Shown: positions 60,074 through 64,000 of the stretch, piece by piece
Layout: the number at the start of each line of letters is the position of its first letter
Numbering within the stretch: position 1 is the stretch's first letter
Assembly (NCBI GenBank): GCA_963976765.1
Contig: CAXBME010000001.1
Coordinates: 124,001 to 188,000 of the forward strand
DNA from: an uncultured Planctomycetaceae bacterium
GTDB taxonomy: Bacteria; Planctomycetota; Planctomycetia; Planctomycetales; Planctomycetaceae
DNA length: 64,000 bases
Direction: 5' to 3'
Position numbers and translations under genes: made by a program
Notes under the pieces: generated by a model
What the model was told of the DNA's origin: nothing
Database searches by the model: none
Seen by the model: the letters and a program-made list of their open reading frames with translations, nothing else

Positions 60074-61102
60074 CTACGCCCCTGGCTGTTCGTAGTGCTT
60101 GTCGGCGGGGACGGCTTCCATCAGCAGGTCGACAAGTTTTTCACTGTTGATGTCGGCGGCCTGGGCGGCGTAGTTCACGGCGATTCTGTGTCGTAGAGCC
60201 GGGCGGGCGATGGCCTGGATGTCGCCCGTCGTGGCGTGGCAGCGACCGTGCAGGATGGCTCGCGCTTTCGCGCAACTGACCAGCGTCAGGACGCCACGAG
60301 GACCGGCGCCCCAGCTCGCCCATTTGTTGACGACGTCCGGAGCTTCTTCACTGCCCGGTCGGCTGGCTCGGACGAGTGCCCAGGCGTAGCCGAGAACCTG
60401 GTCGCTGACCGGAACTTTGGTGACCAGCTTCTGAAACTCGACGATCTGGTCAGCAGAAATAACCGGGTCGATTTTGCCCATCTGGCCGGTGGTGACTCGA
60501 CGAGCGACTTCCCACTCTTCAGCACCACTCGGATAGTCGACCTTGATGTAGAGCAGAAATCGGTCGAGCTGTGCTTCCGGCAGCGGGTATGTGCCTTCCT
60601 GTTCGAGCGGGTTCTGTGTTGCCAGCACGAAGAACGGATTTGGCAGAGAGTGCGACGTGCCGCCGGCGCTGATGTGCCGTTCCTGCATCGCTTCCAGCAT
60701 GGCGGCCTGAGTCTTCGGCGGCGTCCGGTTGATTTCGTCAGCCAGGACCATGTTGGCGAACAGCGGACCGGGCAGGAATTTGTACTCGCGAGCCCGCGTT
60801 TCAAGGTTCTCCTGGATGATCTCCGTGCCGGTAATGTCGCTCGGCATGAGGTCCGGGGTGAACTGAATCCGTTTGAAAGACATCTGCAGAGCGTCGGCCA
60901 GCGAGCTGATCAGCAGCGTCTTGGCGAGTCCCGGTACGCCTTCCAGCAGCGAATGCCCGCGCGCCAGCATCGCGACCAGCACCTGCTCGATGGCTTCTTT
61001 CTGTCCGACGATGACTTTTGATAGTTCGTCGTTGAGTTTTTTAAAGACATCCGCGCAGTTTTCGACGGCGGCAATGTCATCCTGGCCTGGTTGGTCCGAC
61101 AT
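60074..61102 (-). CDS. MoxR family AAA+ ATPase
   Basis: LEGVPGLAKT, RIQFTPDLMPSDITG, LADEINRTPPKTQAAMLEAMQE, ATQNPLEQEGTYPLPEAQLDRF, GAGPR, LRHRI. Confidence 0.95.
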   Translation of the reverse strand: MSDQPGQDDIAAVENCADVFKKLNDELSKVIVGQKEAIEQVLVAMLARGHSLLEGVPGLAKTLLISSLADALQMSFKRIQFTPDLMPSDITGTEIIQENLETRAREYKFLPGPLFANMVLADEINRTPPKTQAAMLEAMQERHISAGGTSHSLPNPFFVLATQNPLEQEGTYPLPEAQLDRFLLYIKVDYPSGAEEWEVARRVTTGQMGKIDPVISADQIVEFQKLVTKVPVSDQVLGYAWALVRASRPGSEEAPDVVNKWASWGAGPRGVLTLVSCAKARAILHGRCHATTGDIQAIARPALRHRIAVNYAAQAADINSEKLVDLLMEAVPADKHYEQPGA

Positions 61103-61289
61103 GGAAGTTTCTCGGGAAGGTGCAGATTCTGGGACTGTTCTGGCTGATCCGCAGGGAACGCCCGGCGGGAAGGCGAAAACCGTATCGAGTGAGACCGTGA
61201 TTGAACAAGCATGTCTCGTGATTCAGTTTCTGGACACAACGTTGGCCCGGCTTGACAACAGGGGGCGATTCGCCGCTACCCTCCCGACC

Positions 61290-63668
61290 ATGTCCGGAAA
61301 TCCACAGAATGATGACTTGCCACAACCTGTATGGAAGGTCTGCGCGGGAATCGTCTGGTTGTGTGTTTTCGGATATTTCTTCTTCCGGATTGACCTGCCG
61401 AACAGTTCGCCGACGGTCAATCGGACCGACGTCTGGCTCGAACTGCCGGACCTGCTGTTTTACTCGGTCGTTCGTCACCCCGATGCTCCTGCGGGCGGCT
61501 GGGCCTACTTCCCGCAACGCCTGCCGATTCTGATGCTCGGCGGCTGGATGCTGGCTGGAGTCTGGGGACTCGGGCACCTGCTGCTGAGAATCCTCAGACT
61601 GCGAATGCACCTTCGGCGGCTGGAGAAGACGGTCTTCGCTTTCGGACTCGGCCTGTCAAGTGTTTCGTTACTTGTTCTGGGAGCTGGCCTGCTGGCTCAA
61701 CGAGTTCCTGGAGCACTCTCGGGAGAAACACTGGGGATTGGCCTCTTCGTGTTCGCGCTGGTCGAGTTTTCCCTTCGCCGAACCTGGGATCGATCGGGGA
61801 ATTTGTCGGCAGTTCTGGAGAAGGCCGCCGCGACGGGAAAGTCATCGTCGACGCGTGCTGATGCTGAGTTCTCACTGAGTCGGCTCGGTGCTGTTCTGCT
61901 GCGAGGTCAGATCCCGTTTGGAATTCTCACTCGCGGCCTTGCCGGTCTGACAATGGGACTTTTCGTTGCGGCGATGGCGCTCGGAGCGATGCTTCCGTCG
62001 ATCGATTTCGATGTCAAGGAGTACCACCTTCAGGGGCCGAAAGAGTGGTTCATGAACGGGGCGATCGAGATGCTGCCTCACAATGTTTATACGAGCTTCC
62101 CGTTTCTGACCGAGATGTTCCATCTGCTTGGCATGGAGCTGTCCAGCGACTGGTACCTGGGCGCTCTGGCCGGCAAGCTCGTGTTGATGACGTTTGCGCC
62201 GCTGACCGCTCTTGCTGTCTTTGCTGCCGCTGATCGGTTGTTCGATCGCCGAGCCGCCTGGGCCGCGATGCTGATTCACCTGTCGACGCCGTGGACGTAT
62301 CGAATTTCGATCATCGCGTACGCCGAAGGTGGCCTGACGTTTTTCCTGATGGCAGCCACACTGGCAGTCATTATCCGAGTGCAGGCTCAGCCGTCGGGGA
62401 TGGCCTCGCCCGAAACTCAATCGTCGTCGTCGGGGGCCGGACAGCTCACGATGCTGATTGGACTGCTGGCTGGCAGCGCGATGGCCTGCAAGTATCCTGG
62501 CCTGTTGTCGGTTGTGTTTCCCGCCGTCGCCGTCTTGCTTCTGCTCGAATGGAAATCTCAGGAAGAGACGCCTCAGGCTCGACGCGTCGCGAAGATGCTC
62601 GCCGTTTTTGCAGCTGGAGTCTGCATTACGATCGGACCGTGGCTGCTGAAGAACCTATACGAAACCGGCAATCCTGTTTACCCGCTGATGAACAGCGTGT
62701 TCCACGGCATCGACTGGACGCCGACTCTGGAAGCGAACTGGAAACACGCTCACGGACCGCCGCATTATCAGCCGTTCGATCTGCTCGTGAAGTTTTACGA
62801 TGTCACGCTGAAGAGCGACTGGCTCAGCCCGCTGATGTTTTCGCTGGCTCCTCTGGCGTTTCTGACGCGGTGGAATCGCCGTTTGATCGGTGGTCTGTGG
62901 CTGTATGTTGGTTTCCTGTTTCTCAGTTGGTGGACGCTGACTCACCGCCTGGACCGGTTCTGGATTCCACTTATCCCGATCGTGGCGCTGCTGGCCGGCG
63001 GCGGAGTCTGGTGGACGACGCACCAGCTCTGGCGATACGCAGCCGGAGCGTTCGTGGCTCTTTGCGTTCTCTTTAACCTGGGTTTTATCACGACAGTCAA
63101 CTGCGGCCTGAATACCTGGCTGGGCGATCTCACTGAAGTTCGCGACGAATCGGAATTCACGTCCGAACCCGTCGCTTACCTGAATCGAATGCGGCTGCCG
63201 ACGGATGCGAAAGTTCTGTTCGTGGGTGAAGCCCAGGTCTTCGATGTCCAGGTTCCACTGGTCTATAACACGGTCTTCGATATTTCGATCTTTGAACAGT
63301 GGTGTTCGGCCAACGAGCCCGGTGTTCCGATCGCCGATCAGAAAATGAAGTCGACTGACGAAATTCGAAAGCGGCTGAAGAGTGAAGGGATCACGCACAT
63401 TCTGGTCAACTGGCAGGAAGTGCTCCGTTACAGAACGACGTATGGAATCTCCGAATTCCTTGCACCGTGGCGGTTCAGGCATTTGCAGAAGGAAGGCATC
63501 CTTCACCGCAACGTGACGTCACTCTCTGGTGCCCGACCGATGGATTCATTCAGCGATTCTGATCGAAAGGTCATTGAAGAATGGGCTCCAGAATTGATCA
63601 TCCGTTACGAAGGTCAGCCCGCGTTTGTGACTTCGCAATTTTTTCTTGTGACCGATTCTGAAGATTAG
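61290..63668 (+). CDS. Polytopic membrane protein, GT-C-fold (ArnT/PMT-like) glycosyltransferase candidate
   Basis: More than 12 TM segments; DFDVKEYHL..PK loop, FPFLTEM, ACKY, PWLLKN..ETGNPVYP, DRFWIP; soluble C-terminal domain. Confidence 0.7.
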   Translation: MSGNPQNDDLPQPVWKVCAGIVWLCVFGYFFFRIDLPNSSPTVNRTDVWLELPDLLFYSVVRHPDAPAGGWAYFPQRLPILMLGGWMLAGVWGLGHLLLRILRLRMHLRRLEKTVFAFGLGLSSVSLLVLGAGLLAQRVPGALSGETLGIGLFVFALVEFSLRRTWDRSGNLSAVLEKAAATGKSSSTRADAEFSLSRLGAVLLRGQIPFGILTRGLAGLTMGLFVAAMALGAMLPSIDFDVKEYHLQGPKEWFMNGAIEMLPHNVYTSFPFLTEMFHLLGMELSSDWYLGALAGKLVLMTFAPLTALAVFAAADRLFDRRAAWAAMLIHLSTPWTYRISIIAYAEGGLTFFLMAATLAVIIRVQAQPSGMASPETQSSSSGAGQLTMLIGLLAGSAMACKYPGLLSVVFPAVAVLLLLEWKSQEETPQARRVAKMLAVFAAGVCITIGPWLLKNLYETGNPVYPLMNSVFHGIDWTPTLEANWKHAHGPPHYQPFDLLVKFYDVTLKSDWLSPLMFSLAPLAFLTRWNRRLIGGLWLYVGFLFLSWWTLTHRLDRFWIPLIPIVALLAGGGVWWTTHQLWRYAAGAFVALCVLFNLGFITTVNCGLNTWLGDLTEVRDESEFTSEPVAYLNRMRLPTDAKVLFVGEAQVFDVQVPLVYNTVFDISIFEQWCSANEPGVPIADQKMKSTDEIRKRLKSEGITHILVNWQEVLRYRTTYGISEFLAPWRFRHLQKEGILHRNVTSLSGARPMDSFSDSDRKVIEEWAPELIIRYEGQPAFVTSQFFLVTDSED

Positions 63669-63754
63669 AACGCAGAGTTCAGAGAGGACTTGCAGAGAAA
63701 GGGGAGAGTCTCCTTCGTTCTCTGCGCCTTTTTCTCTCTGCAACCTCTGCGTTC
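63668..63754. repeat. 87-nt REP/MITE-like long imperfect palindrome
   Basis: Perfect 10-bp terminal inverted repeat GAACGCAGAG (63668-63677) / CTCTGCGTTC (63745-63754), with nested CAGAGAG/CTCTCTG, GCAGAGAA/TTCTCTGC and GGAG-AGT-CTCC stems. Confidence 0.75.
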
Positions 63755-63795
63755 CGAAGAGCCGAATTTCAAAAGCTGATCATCGAGTACGTCAA

Positions 63796-64000
63796 ATGCC
63801 GAGTGTCGAAAATACTCAACCCGATAACCTGCAACGATCAAAAAATCGTCGGCTGCGCGACATGCTGGCTGGAGAGCAGATCGTTCGGTCGTTCGCCCCG
63901 CACGATGTGTTTACGGCTCGGATTCTGGAAGAGGCTGGCATCGAACTGCTTTTCCTGGGGGGCTTTGGAGTTTCTGCCAGCGTGTTGGGAATCCCTGACG
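63796..64000 (+). CDS. Isocitrate lyase / PEP mutase superfamily protein (PrpB-like), runs off the window end
   Basis: Hand translation: ...RLRDMLAGEQIVRSFAPHDVFTARILEEAGIELLFLGGFGVSASVLGIPD, matching the D.x.A.x.x.x.E.x.A.G...G...S...G.PD family start. Not in the ORF track. Confidence 0.8.
   Translation, partial: MPSVENTQPDNLQRSKNRRLRDMLAGEQIVRSFAPHDVFTARILEEAGIELLFLGGFGVSASVLGIPD

Noticed and set aside
1..64000. CRISPR arrays, tRNA/rRNA, riboswitches, IS or prophage genes, defence systems
   Set aside because: I saw no regularly spaced repeats, no RNA gene signatures and no transposase, integrase or nuclease motifs. Small structured RNAs cannot be excluded without an Rfam scan.

Overview
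A gene-dense, GC-rich 64 kb segment from a Planctomycetota (Planctomycetaceae-like) chromosome. The phylum call rests on several lineage-typical genes: a DUF1559 prepilin-type protein with its lipoprotein partner, a PSCyt/PSD1 + DUF1501 pair, a TPR + double RNAP alpha-CTD protein, a Zn-ribbon/RDD protein and two sulfatases. About 43 CDS were called. Most are housekeeping or lineage-typical: M16 peptidase pair, ltaE, NtrC-type regulator, ppk1/ppx, two ROK kinases, group II PLP decarboxylase, asnB-like gene, carB, zwf and MoxR. I recognised no rRNA, tRNA, CRISPR array, transposase, integrase or prophage gene. The best candidate for an undescribed system is a ~12.3 kb exosortase-A-type glycan locus (6145-18432). 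Its exosortase homologue is N-terminally shortened and lacks the catalytic Cys and His. The locus adds a sulfotransferase and a ~1385-aa VanZ-TPR fusion to a Wzc kinase, deacetylase, GT4 transferase and O-ligase. Other points of interest: a Pho-box-like repeat upstream of ppx-ppk1, a degenerate stand-alone NuoJ-like protein, a probable unannotated 63-aa lipoprotein, a palindrome-dense regulatory region at 44.4-44.8 kb, and several families of REP-like hairpins. All product calls come from motif recognition by eye; no database search was run.
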